Position numbers and translations under genes: made by a program | The notes under the pieces: model-generated | Seen by the model: only the letters and a program-made list of their open reading frames with translations | The model's database searches: none | What the model was told of the DNA's origin: nothing | Shown here: positions 28,938-39,116 of the stretch, in pieces | Numbering within the stretch: position 1 is the stretch's first letter | How the letters are laid out: each line of letters opens with the position of its first letter | Source of the DNA: Actinomycetes bacterium | Lineage (GTDB): Bacteria > Actinomycetota > Acidimicrobiia > Acidimicrobiales > RAAP-2 | Direction: 5' to 3' | DNA length: 39,116 nucleotides | Assembly: GCA_021826255.1 (NCBI GenBank) | Contig: JAKBAZ010000001.1 | Coordinates: 1-39,116 of the forward strand

Positions 28938-30809
28938 ATGAGTGAGCCCATCTACGCGTCTGGCGATGTGGTCGTCGGGCGTTATCGCGTTCTCGAACTC
29001 GTAGGTTCAGGCCCCACTGTGGAGGTCTACCGAGTTGACGACGTCGCGCACTCTCGCGAAGTGTCGCTCCAGGTACTTCGTCCCTATCTCGCCCACACCG
29101 AAGAAGTCCGACGGCGATTCCGGACTCAGATTGTTCGCGCAGCGCGCCTCAGTCACCCCCACCTACTCGCGGTCATTGATGGGGGGCAGTCGCAGGGTTC
29201 CATCTTCCAGATAACGGAGTTCGTGGACGGAGGATCGCTCGAGGATCTGCTGCGCGAGCGCCGCGCACTGCCCGCTGAGGAGGTGGCTCGTCTGGGTCGC
29301 GACCTCGCTTCCGCGCTGGCGTACCTTCACGAGTCCGGAGAAGTCCACGGAGAACTTCGACCCGCGAAGATTCTCTTCAACCACGCGGGCGGGGCCCTAG
29401 TGAGTGACGTGTCGACCCGGGGGCTCAATCGAGAGCGATTCGCCACCCCCTTCGCCGCTGTTCGCTACGCGAGTCCCCAGATCCTTCACGGGCACGACAG
29501 TGAAGCATCGGACGACGTCTACGCCTTGGCGGTCATCCTCTTTGAGGCGGCCACCGGAACGTCCCCCATCGACGGGCAGTCGGTCGAGGAGATTCGCGCC
29601 TTTAGGGGTTTGCGGGCGCTGCCGGCCCGCCCCGAACTGGGTCCACTCAATGACGTCTTGCAGGCCGCGAGTCACCCCGACGCGCTCCTTCGATGGAGCG
29701 CCGAGCAAGTGCGCGACGCCTTCAGCGCCCTCGCCCCGGGTCCCGATCCCTTCCGACGGCCGTCTCGAGAACCGGCCCCCACCCTCTTGTCGGCACCCGC
29801 GCCCGCACCGCGATCATCCATCGGTTTTCACGCTCCGCGAGCCGACCAGATCACCGGAGTCGGCGAACCTCGACGAGAGTCCTCACGGCCTCTCCAACCC
29901 CCGGTACCACCCAGCGTGCAGCGCCCTCCCACTCGGCGACGTCCCCTGCGCCTCATCGTGTCCGCACTCCTCGTCGTACTCATTGGGGGTGGAGCCGCCG
30001 CCTGGAAACTCGGATGGCTCTCCTCGTCAGTCTCGGCTCCGACCGTGGTGGGCTTGACGCTGAGCGAGGCCACCCAACTCGTCAAAGCGGACAATCTGAC
30101 CCTGGCCGTGACGCGCGAGGAAGTCTCTTCGAGCGTCGCCCGGGGCGTGATTCTCGCTCAAAGTCCCGCCGCGCAAACCTCCATCACGGTGGGAGGGACG
30201 CTGTCGGTGGTGTTGTCGGCCGGTAAGGCTCTGGTGACGTTACCGACGACGTTGCTCTCAAAGACGTGTGTGCACGACACGGCCACACTGCTCGCGTTGG
30301 GGGTTCACGCCGTCTGTCCGGCGAGCGACCGACTCCACTCCTCCACGGTGGCTGCGGGGATGGTGCTTCAAATTCGCTACCAGAGTCAGCTCAATCCCCT
30401 CGCCGTACCGAGCGGGGCGACGGTAACTCTCGTGGTGAGCGCAGGGCCGCTCCATCCTGTTACCACGACCTCGACCTCGTTACCCACGTCGACCTCGACC
30501 TCATTACCCACGTCGACGTCGACTTCGACCTCGTTGCCTACTTCCACCTCCACGTCTACTTCGACCTCGACGTCCACCACCTCGACGTCCACCACCACCA
30601 CGGTGTCGGGGGCCCAAGTGGCAGTCCCCAATGTGGTGGGGGACTCTCGAAGCCAAGCCTTGGCGGCGATGGGTGCGGCGGGGCTGTACATCTACACCTC
30701 AGGACCCGGCGCGGGTACCACCTTGTGGAAAAAGGTAGTGAGCGAGATTCCGGCGGCCGGAACCAAGGTTCCGGTAGGGAGCCACGTCTCTCTCAACGTC
30801 TCGGAGTAA
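28938..30809 (+). CDS. Membrane-anchored Ser/Thr kinase-fold pseudokinase with extracellular PASTA domains
   Basis: Hanks-type scaffold (RYRVLELVGSG, LSHPHL, EFVDGGSL, DVYAL) with degenerate catalytic motifs; Pro-rich linker; TM LIVSALLVVLIGGGAAAW; PASTA-like PTVVGLTLSEA and VPNVVGDSRSQA. Confidence 0.85.
   Translation: MSEPIYASGDVVVGRYRVLELVGSGPTVEVYRVDDVAHSREVSLQVLRPYLAHTEEVRRRFRTQIVRAARLSHPHLLAVIDGGQSQGSIFQITEFVDGGSLEDLLRERRALPAEEVARLGRDLASALAYLHESGEVHGELRPAKILFNHAGGALVSDVSTRGLNRERFATPFAAVRYASPQILHGHDSEASDDVYALAVILFEAATGTSPIDGQSVEEIRAFRGLRALPARPELGPLNDVLQAASHPDALLRWSAEQVRDAFSALAPGPDPFRRPSREPAPTLLSAPAPAPRSSIGFHAPRADQITGVGEPRRESSRPLQPPVPPSVQRPPTRRRPLRLIVSALLVVLIGGGAAAWKLGWLSSSVSAPTVVGLTLSEATQLVKADNLTLAVTREEVSSSVARGVILAQSPAAQTSITVGGTLSVVLSAGKALVTLPTTLLSKTCVHDTATLLALGVHAVCPASDRLHSSTVAAGMVLQIRYQSQLNPLAVPSGATVTLVVSAGPLHPVTTTSTSLPTSTSTSLPTSTSTSTSLPTSTSTSTSTSTSTTSTSTTTTVSGAQVAVPNVVGDSRSQALAAMGAAGLYIYTSGPGAGTTLWKKVVSEIPAAGTKVPVGSHVSLNVSE
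30462..30602 (+). repeat. Coding low-complexity tandem repeat (TSTSTSLP-type units then poly-TS)
   Basis: Repeated ACGTCGACCTCGACCTC(G/A)TTACCC-like units encoding TTTSTSLPTSTSTSLPTSTSTSTSLPTSTSTSTSTSTSTTSTSTTTT. Confidence 0.9.
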
Positions 30810-30874
30810 TCACGAGCCCCAGGTAGTCTGATGGCTCGGGTTCCCCGTCGGGCCCGTCGTGAAAGGACCAAAGG

Positions 30875-31177
30875 TTGAGTTCATCTCTGAGTCGTGACGA
30901 CGTCGAGAAGGTCGCCCGACTGGCCCGTCTGCGCCTGACCGAGGCCGAGTTGGACCTCTTTACCGGGCAGTTGGCCCAGATTCTTGACCACGCGAGTGAT
31001 CTCGCGGCGCTCGACCTTCACGACGTCGCACCGACGGCTCACCCGTTCGGCCTCATCAACGTGATGCGAGACGACCTTGTGGAGGCCTCGTTACCTCCGG
31101 AGGAGATTCTCCGCGAAGCTCCCGACGCCGAGCAGGGCCGCTTCGGGGTCCCACGTATCGTCGGAGAAGAACCGTGA
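30875..31177 (+). CDS. gatC: Asp/Glu-tRNA amidotransferase subunit C
   Basis: LSRDDVEKVARLARL..NVMRDD..FGVPRI; RBS AAAGGA with TTG start. Confidence 0.95.
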   Translation: MSSSLSRDDVEKVARLARLRLTEAELDLFTGQLAQILDHASDLAALDLHDVAPTAHPFGLINVMRDDLVEASLPPEEILREAPDAEQGRFGVPRIVGEEP

Positions 31178-32595
31178 ACGCTCGCACAACGGCCCAACGA
31201 GTGCGCCGGGGCGAGATTTCCGCCGTTTCCGTCCTCGAGGACAGTCTGGCTCGCATCCACGCCGAGAATCCCCGCCTCAACGCCTTCTTGAGACTGGACG
31301 AAGAGGGGGCTAGAGCGGCCGCGGAGCGAGTCGACGCCCTCGTGGCCGCGGGAGATGACCCCGGCCCCCTCGCTGGAGTTCCGATCGCTCTCAAAGACAA
31401 CTTGTGTCAACGAGGCGTGGTGACGACCTGCGCGTCACGCATTCTCGGAGAGTGGCGACCGCCCTACACCGCGACGGTCGTCGAGCGGCTCGCTGGCGCC
31501 GGCGCCCTGCTCGTGGGTAAGACCAATTTGGACGAGTTCGCCATGGGGTCGTCGACGGAGAATTCGGCGTACGGTCCCACGCTGAATCCCCGAGATCTCT
31601 CCCGCGTCCCGGGTGGATCCTCGGGGGGGTCGGCCGCCGCGGTCGCCGCCGACTTCACGCCCGTCGCCCTGGGGTCCGATACCGGAGGCTCCATTCGTCA
31701 GCCCGCCTCCTTCTGCGGAGTGGTGGGCCTCAAGCCAACCTACGGCCTCGTCTCGCGATTTGGCCTCGTTGCCTTCGCTTCATCGCTCGATCAAATCGGA
31801 CCCTTCTCCACGACGGTGGAAGACGCCGCCTTGACTCTCGAAGTCATTGGCGGCCACGATCCTCGCGACTCGACGTCATTGCGCGTTGGCGCTCCGCAAC
31901 TCGTCGCTCACGTCGACGACGGAGTCGCGGGTCGCCGCGTCGGTCTCGTCCGGGAGCTTTTTGAGGGAGCGGACGCCGAGGTCGTGGCGGCGGTCCACAC
32001 GGCGGCGGAGGTCCTTCGCGCCGCGGGGGCGGACGTGGTCGACCTCTCCATCCCCGAGCTGTCCCTTGGACTCTCGGCCTACTACATCATCGCTCCGGCC
32101 GAGGCCTCGTCGAATTTGGCCCGCTTCGACGGGGTCCGTTTCGGACATCGCGTGTCGGGCGAGGACGTGACCGCGATGATGGAGGCGACGCGGACGTTCG
32201 GGTTCGGTGACGAAGTCAAACGGCGCATCATGCTCGGAACCTACGCGTTGTCGGCGGGGTACTACGACGCCTACTACGGTCAGGCCCTCAAAGTACGTAC
32301 TCTCATGATTGACGCCTTCGCCCGGGCGTATCAGCACGTCGACCTGCTGCTCGGCGCCACCGCGCCCACGGTGGCGTTTCCCTTTGGAGCTAAGTCGCAC
32401 GACCCCATGACGATGTACCTGAACGACGTGTTCACCATTCCCACCAACTTGGTTGGCCACCCCGCCATTTCGGTGCCGTTCGCGACGGGTGAGGGCGGAC
32501 TCCCGGTCGGGGTGCAACTTCTGGGTCCGGGAATGTCAGAGTCGGTGATGCTCGCGGGGGCTCGCATTCTCGAACGTGATCGGGAGGGATTATGA
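31174..32595 (+). CDS. gatA: Asp/Glu-tRNA amidotransferase subunit A
   Basis: Amidase signature GKTNLDEFAMGSSTE, PGGSSGGSAAAV, GSDTGGSIRQPA and EVKRRIMLGT. Confidence 0.97.
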   Translation: MNARTTAQRVRRGEISAVSVLEDSLARIHAENPRLNAFLRLDEEGARAAAERVDALVAAGDDPGPLAGVPIALKDNLCQRGVVTTCASRILGEWRPPYTATVVERLAGAGALLVGKTNLDEFAMGSSTENSAYGPTLNPRDLSRVPGGSSGGSAAAVAADFTPVALGSDTGGSIRQPASFCGVVGLKPTYGLVSRFGLVAFASSLDQIGPFSTTVEDAALTLEVIGGHDPRDSTSLRVGAPQLVAHVDDGVAGRRVGLVRELFEGADAEVVAAVHTAAEVLRAAGADVVDLSIPELSLGLSAYYIIAPAEASSNLARFDGVRFGHRVSGEDVTAMMEATRTFGFGDEVKRRIMLGTYALSAGYYDAYYGQALKVRTLMIDAFARAYQHVDLLLGATAPTVAFPFGAKSHDPMTMYLNDVFTIPTNLVGHPAISVPFATGEGGLPVGVQLLGPGMSESVMLAGARILERDREGL

Positions 32596-34022
32596 GTCTG
32601 CCTGACGGTTGGGAACTCGTCGTGGGACTCGAAGTGCACACCGAGTTGCTGACGGCGTCCAAGTTGTTCTGCGGGTGCGAGAACCGGTTCGGTGAAGAGC
32701 CCAATACTCACGTCTGTCCGGTGTGTCTCGGACTGCCGGGGTCACTCCCCGTGCTGAACCGCCAGGCGGTGGAGCTGGCGATGCGCATCGGCGCTGCACT
32801 GCACTGCACCATCGCTCCTTCGACGTTTCACCGCAAGAACTACTTCTATCCGGACCAGTCGAAGGACTACCAGATCTCCCAGTACGACCTGCCTATCAAC
32901 TCTCGGGGCTACCTCGATCTGCCCGACGGGAGCCGAATCGGGATAGAACGCGCCCACCTCGAAGAGGACACCGGAAAGACGACCCACCTCTCGAGTGGGG
33001 GGCGCCTCCAGGGCGCCGAGCGTTCCCTGGTTGACTACAACCGATGCGGTGTGCCGCTCGTCGAAATCGTCTCGGCTCCTGACATTCGCTCGTCGGCGCA
33101 GGCGAGGGCCTACGCCAGTGAACTGCGCAGCGTGCTCATCGCGACCGGTGCCTCCGATGGACGCCTCGAAGAGGGTTCGATTCGCTTCGACGCCAACGTG
33201 TCGGTGCGTCGAGCGGGCGAACCCTTCGGTACGCGGTGCGAGATTAAGAATCTGAACTCCTTGCGGAGCCTCCAACGCGCCATTGATTACGAGGCGCAGC
33301 GTCAGATTGACCTCATCGAGTCGGGTGGAGTCGTGCGTCAAGAGACTCGCCACTGGGATGAGGGACTGGGCGAGACGTCGACCCTGAGGGTGAAAGAGGA
33401 CGCCGAGGACTACCGGTACTTTCGTGACCCCGACCTCGTCGACCTCGCGCCGGAGCCGGCGTGGGTGGATGAGGTACGTCACCGCTTGCCCCCCATGCCC
33501 TCCGAACGTCGCTCGGCCCTGGGAGCTCTTTTGAGCTCGCCGACGAGTGCGCAGTTGGATGCGGTGGAGGCGGTGGTCGAACTCGGTATCGAGCGTTTCG
33601 TTCACGCTGTCGCGCGAGAGAACGGAGATGTCGTTATCGCCCTCTCGCGCGCCGCCAACGAACTCGCGAGTGCAGTTGACGAGGTCGATCGCCTGGCCGA
33701 GCACAGCTTCGTGACGGTGGTCGACATGGAGGCGTCGGGGGAGGTCTCGGCGACCCAGGCGAAGGCCCTCCTCGCGGGCCTCTTGGCGGGTGAAGACTCA
33801 GATCCACGCAGCCTGGCCAGGGCGAAGGGCTTCGAGAAGATGGACCAGTCGGCGTTATCGACTCTGGTGGAGGAGCTCATCGGGGCCCACCCCGATGAGT
33901 GGTCGCGCTATCGCGGCGGCGACGAGAAATTGGCCCAGTTCTTCATTGGACAAGTGATGCGACGCACCAAGGGGCAAGCGAACGGTAAGACGGTCATCGA
34001 AGAGTTGAACGCGCGCCGATAG
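32592..34022 (+). CDS. gatB: Asp/Glu-tRNA amidotransferase subunit B
   Basis: VGLEVH, CPVCLGLPGSLP, RKNYFYPD, EIKNLNS, DYRYF and the C-terminal Yqey domain. Confidence 0.97.
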   Translation: MSLPDGWELVVGLEVHTELLTASKLFCGCENRFGEEPNTHVCPVCLGLPGSLPVLNRQAVELAMRIGAALHCTIAPSTFHRKNYFYPDQSKDYQISQYDLPINSRGYLDLPDGSRIGIERAHLEEDTGKTTHLSSGGRLQGAERSLVDYNRCGVPLVEIVSAPDIRSSAQARAYASELRSVLIATGASDGRLEEGSIRFDANVSVRRAGEPFGTRCEIKNLNSLRSLQRAIDYEAQRQIDLIESGGVVRQETRHWDEGLGETSTLRVKEDAEDYRYFRDPDLVDLAPEPAWVDEVRHRLPPMPSERRSALGALLSSPTSAQLDAVEAVVELGIERFVHAVARENGDVVIALSRAANELASAVDEVDRLAEHSFVTVVDMEASGEVSATQAKALLAGLLAGEDSDPRSLARAKGFEKMDQSALSTLVEELIGAHPDEWSRYRGGDEKLAQFFIGQVMRRTKGQANGKTVIEELNARR

Positions 34023-34051
34023 GGCAATCGAGCCCGTCGTAGACTCGTTCT

Positions 34052-35731
34052 ATGTCGACTCACCCCACGCCTCGCAGCACCGACGTCACTCTCGGAGCAC
34101 ACCGCGCTCCGGCGCGCGCCATGTTACGCGCGATGGGGCTCGGCGACGAGGACATGAAGAAGCCTCAGATTGGCGTGGCCTCGAGTTGGAACGAAGTGAC
34201 TCCTTGCAACATGCCACTCGACCGATTGGCCAAGCGCGCGAAGGCCGCCGTGCGCGACCACGGTGGGGTCCCGTTCGAATTTGTGACTATCGCCGTCTCC
34301 GACGGAATCTCCATGGGACACGAGGGCATGCACGCCTCTCTGGTCTCGAGAGAGGTCATTGCTGACTCGGTGGAGACGGTCATGCACGCCGAACGCTTCG
34401 ACGCCATGGTGACCTTTGCCGGGTGTGACAAGTCCCTACCCGGGATGCTCATGGCGGCCGCCCGACTGGACCTACCCGCCGTGTTTGTCTACGGCGGTTC
34501 CATCATGCCGGGTCATCACGACGGGCGAGCGCTCGACATCACTTCGGTCTTTGAGGCGGTAGGCGCTCACGCGGTGGGCGCCATCGATGACCAGGAACTT
34601 CGAGCCATTGAGTGTGCGGCGTGCCCCGGGGAGGGCAGCTGCGCCGGCATGTTCACCGCGAACACCATGGCGAGCGTTGGCGAGGCCCTCGGGATGAGTC
34701 TGCTCGGATCAGCGTCGGCACCGGCCATTGACGGACGACGAGACGACTACGCCTACCGTTCGGGTCAGGCGGTTCTCGACCTGCTCGACCGAGGTATTAC
34801 CGCTCGCGACATCATCACAAAGAAGGCGTTAGAGAACGCGATTGCCGTGGTGATGGCCCTCGGAGGTTCGACCAATGCGGTACTGCACCTTCTCGCCATC
34901 GCTCACGAAGCTCGGGTTGACCTGGCTCTCGACGACTTCAACCGCATTGCGCAGCGCGTCCCGCACATCGCCGACACCAAACCGCACGGTAAGTACCACA
35001 TGGTGGACCTCGACGAGGTGGGGGGCGTTCCGGTCGTCTTGGCTCACCTTCTCGAGAAGGGCCTCGTTCACGGCGACGCCCTGACCGTTCACGGAGTGAC
35101 CCTCGAGGACGCTCTCACGGAGTTCGGAGCGCGCGAACCCGACGGGGAGGTTGTTCACCCCGTGGACTCTCCCCTCCACTCGACGGGGGGAATCGCCGTC
35201 TTGACCGGGTCCCTCGCCCCGAGCGGATCGGTGGTGAAGGTCGCGGGAATCGATTCGCTCGCCTTTACCGGTACTGCGCGAGTCTTTGATGGTGAAGCGG
35301 CGGCGATGGACTCGATTTTGGCCGGTGACATCGAGCCCCAGACGGTTCTGGTCATCAGGTTCGAAGGTCCGAAGGCGGGGCCGGGGATGCGCGAAATGCT
35401 CGCCGTGACTGCCGCGTTGAAGGGCGTAGGACTGTGAGCGGACTGCGCTCTCGTGACGGACGGTCGATTCTCGGGCGGGACGCACGGATTCTGCGTCGGT
35501 CACGTCGCCCCCGAAGCCATTGACGGCGGCCCCATCGGACTCGTGCGAGACGGGGACCAGATCGTGATCGACGTCACTCGCCACTCCATTGACCTGCTCG
35601 TGGATGAGGACGAGTTGGCCCGGCGAGCGGGCGAACCGCTGCCCTTCACCCCGCGCTACACCACGGGAGTTCTCGAAAAGTTCGCTCGCCTGGTGCAGCC
35701 GGCCGACACGGGTGCGGTGACCTCGGCCTGA
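34052..35731 (+). pseudogene. ilvD: Dihydroxy-acid dehydratase interrupted by one in-frame TGA (35435-35437)
   Basis: [28 protein letters not shown] and GGSTN motifs. The frame continues past the stop as [22 protein letters not shown], and the joined ORF is 560 codons, a normal IlvD length. Real lesion versus sequence error is unresolved. Confidence 0.85.
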
Positions 35732-35771
35732 GGGGTCGCGCGCTCGTCCTCTCGGCGTGTAAGGTGTCGAC

Positions 35772-35819
35772 GTGACAACCGGGCGAATTCTCCTCGTAGT
35801 AGGTGATTGGCCTCGGTAG
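35772..35819 (+). CDS. ilvL: ilvB attenuator leader peptide ([15 protein letters not shown])
   Basis: 15-aa leaderless ORF (TAAGGT 6 nt before GTG) with an Ile-Leu-Leu-Val-Val run using rare ATT and GTA codons. Confidence 0.85.
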   Translation: MTTGRILLVVGDWPR

Positions 35820-35870
35820 TCGCGTCCCGACGCAAGTTACCGAGGCCTCCCGAAAGGGAGGCCTTTTTTG
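35809..35870 (+). terminator. Transcription attenuator (antiterminator plus intrinsic terminator) of ilvBNC
   Basis: Terminator AGGCCTCCC-GAAA-GGGAGGCCT-TTTTT (35843-35869). Antiterminator GGCCTCGGTA (35809-35818) pairs perfectly with TACCGAGGCC (35838-35847), which overlaps the terminator 5' arm. Confidence 0.9.
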
Positions 35871-35913
35871 TTATGAATCACTGTTGGAGCACCCGAAAGA
35901 TCCGAGGACGAGC

Positions 35914-37622
35914 GTGAAAATCACCGGAGCACAAGCCCTGATTAAGAGCCTGGAGCACGAAGGGGTCGAGGTCATCTTCGGTCTGCCCGGCGGGGCGATC
36001 CTTCCCGTCTACGACCCGCTGCTCGACTCGACCATTCGTCACGTGCTCGTTCGCCACGAACAGGGTGCCGGGCACATGGCCGAGGGGTACGCCCTCGCCA
36101 CGGGTCGCCCCGGGGTGGCCATGGTGACGTCGGGACCCGGGGCGACCAATATCGTCACGGCGATCTCGAACGCCCACATGGACTCGACTCCCATTGTGAT
36201 CATCACCGGACAGGTCGCGTCGGCCGCCATCGGAACGGACGCCTTTCAAGAGTGCGACATCACCGGTATCACGATGGGGATTACCAAGCACAACTTCCTC
36301 GTGCGCGACGTCCAGGACATTCCACGAGCCGTCGCGGCGGCCTTTCACATCGCGACGACGGGGCGTCCGGGACCGGTTCTCGTCGATCTCCCAAAAGATC
36401 TCGCCCAGTCCATGATGGAGTGGTGGTACCCGAGCACCCTGGAGGAGTTGGACCTGCCGGGCTACCAACCCACGGTCGCGGCGGCACCCTCACTCATCGA
36501 GGCTGCTGAAGCCCTCATTCGCGACTCTCATCGTCCCGTGCTCTACACCGGGGGAGGCGCGCTGAAGTCCGAAGCGTGGGACGAACTCCTCGCCTTCGCC
36601 GAGCGTACCCAGATTCCGGTCGTGACGACGCTGATGGCCCGGGGCGTCTTTCCGGACTCGCACCCGCTCAACCTGGGGATGCCCGGCATGCACGGGGTGT
36701 ACGCGGCCGTCACGGCGCTCCAGCGCGCGGACCTGCTGATCACCCTCGGCGCACGGTTCGACGACCGCGTGACCGGCAAGGTTTCCGCGTTCGCCCCCGA
36801 CGCCAAGGTCATTCACGTCGATATCGACTCAGCTGAACACCACAAGGTGAGACGGGCCGACGTGGCGATCCGCTCCGATGTTCGTACGGTCCTGCGCGCG
36901 TGGGAGTCTGATCGGGTCACGCCGGCCAACCTCGACGACTGGTGGTCGCAGATCAACGAGTGGCGAGAGCGTTACCCGCTCGTCTACGACCCGCCGACCG
37001 AGGAAGGGCCGCTTCGACCCCAGGCCGTGATTGAGGCCATCGCCCAGTCATCACCGGAGGGCACGATCGTGACCTCGGGCGTGGGCCAGCACCAGATGTG
37101 GGCCAGCCAATTTTGGCCCTTCGAGGAACCCCGGACGTGGATCAACTCCGGGGGGGCGGGCACTATGGGCTTCGGCGTCCCGGCCGCCATCGGAGCGAAG
37201 GCTGGTCGACCCGATCGCACGGTGTGGTGCATCGACGGAGACGGCTGCTTCCAGATGACCGCCCAGGAGCTCGTTACGGCTCGCGCTGAAGGTATCCCCA
37301 TCAAGGTCGCCATTTTGAACAACGCCTATCTCGGCATGGTGCGACAGTGGCAGGAGATGTTCTACGAGGAGCGCTACAGCGAGGTGTACCTCTCTCCGGA
37401 CCTGCCCGATTACGTGAAGTGGGCTGAGGCGATGGGATGCGTGGGGTTGCGAGCGACAAATCTCGCGGAGATGCGCGCGGCCATCGATAAGGCCAACTCC
37501 ATCCACGACGTGCCGGTCGTCATCGATTTTCGCACCGACTCCTCGGAGAAGGTCTTTCCGATGGTGGCCGCGGGCGCGAGCAACGACGACATCATGGTCC
37601 ACCCTCTGCAAAGGAGCGCTCA

Positions 37623-37626
<4 letters not shown>
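35914..37626 (+). CDS. ilvB: Acetolactate synthase large subunit
   Basis: [34 protein letters not shown] and TPP motif GDGCFQM...[12 protein letters not shown]; start GTG 35914 after a GAGGA RBS. Confidence 0.97.

Positions 37627-39116
<1,490 letters not shown>

Noticed and set aside
30462-30602. Repeat tract as a CRISPR array or mobile element end
   Set aside because: No constant repeats with unique spacers and no cas or transposase genes. It is an in-frame T/S linker with synonymous variation.
30810-30874. Hairpin CGAGCC...GGCTCG with CTGATG upstream of gatC as a fluoride-type riboswitch
   Set aside because: It lacks the 5' GGNGAUGG..UUC.CC element and the gene context does not fit. It is more simply a TAGTCT -10 plus a short leader and RBS.
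32742-33704. Long antisense and alternative-frame ORFs (for example 32742-33704, 10644-11558, 3241-4092, 38275-39045)
   Set aside because: These are shadow ORFs expected from high-GC codon bias opposite well-supported genes, with no recognisable motifs.

Overview
A gene-dense, roughly 65% GC bacterial chromosome segment. Gene content, the iscS-mnmA-ligA-gatCAB-ilvD-ilvBNC order, an actinobacterial-type ilvB attenuator and pervasive leaderless promoters point to an actinobacterium. Acid-poor, Ser/Thr-rich secreted proteins suggest Acidimicrobiia (inference). Left to right: a nucleobase salvage trio (partial cytosine deaminase, PRTase, NCS1 permease); MFS and CadD transporters; a Lrp-regulated polyamine catabolic cluster ending in alanine dehydrogenase; redox and housekeeping genes; a type 2 IleRS with a non-canonical GLHH motif; a RosR-like MarR/YceI divergon; an unannotated 42-aa membrane microprotein; then the core block. 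That block is interrupted by a membrane-anchored PASTA-domain pseudokinase that has lost most catalytic-motif residues, the most novel-looking item here. ilvD and ilvC carry in-frame stops, which may be real lesions or sequence errors. I found no tRNA, rRNA, CRISPR array or mobile element.
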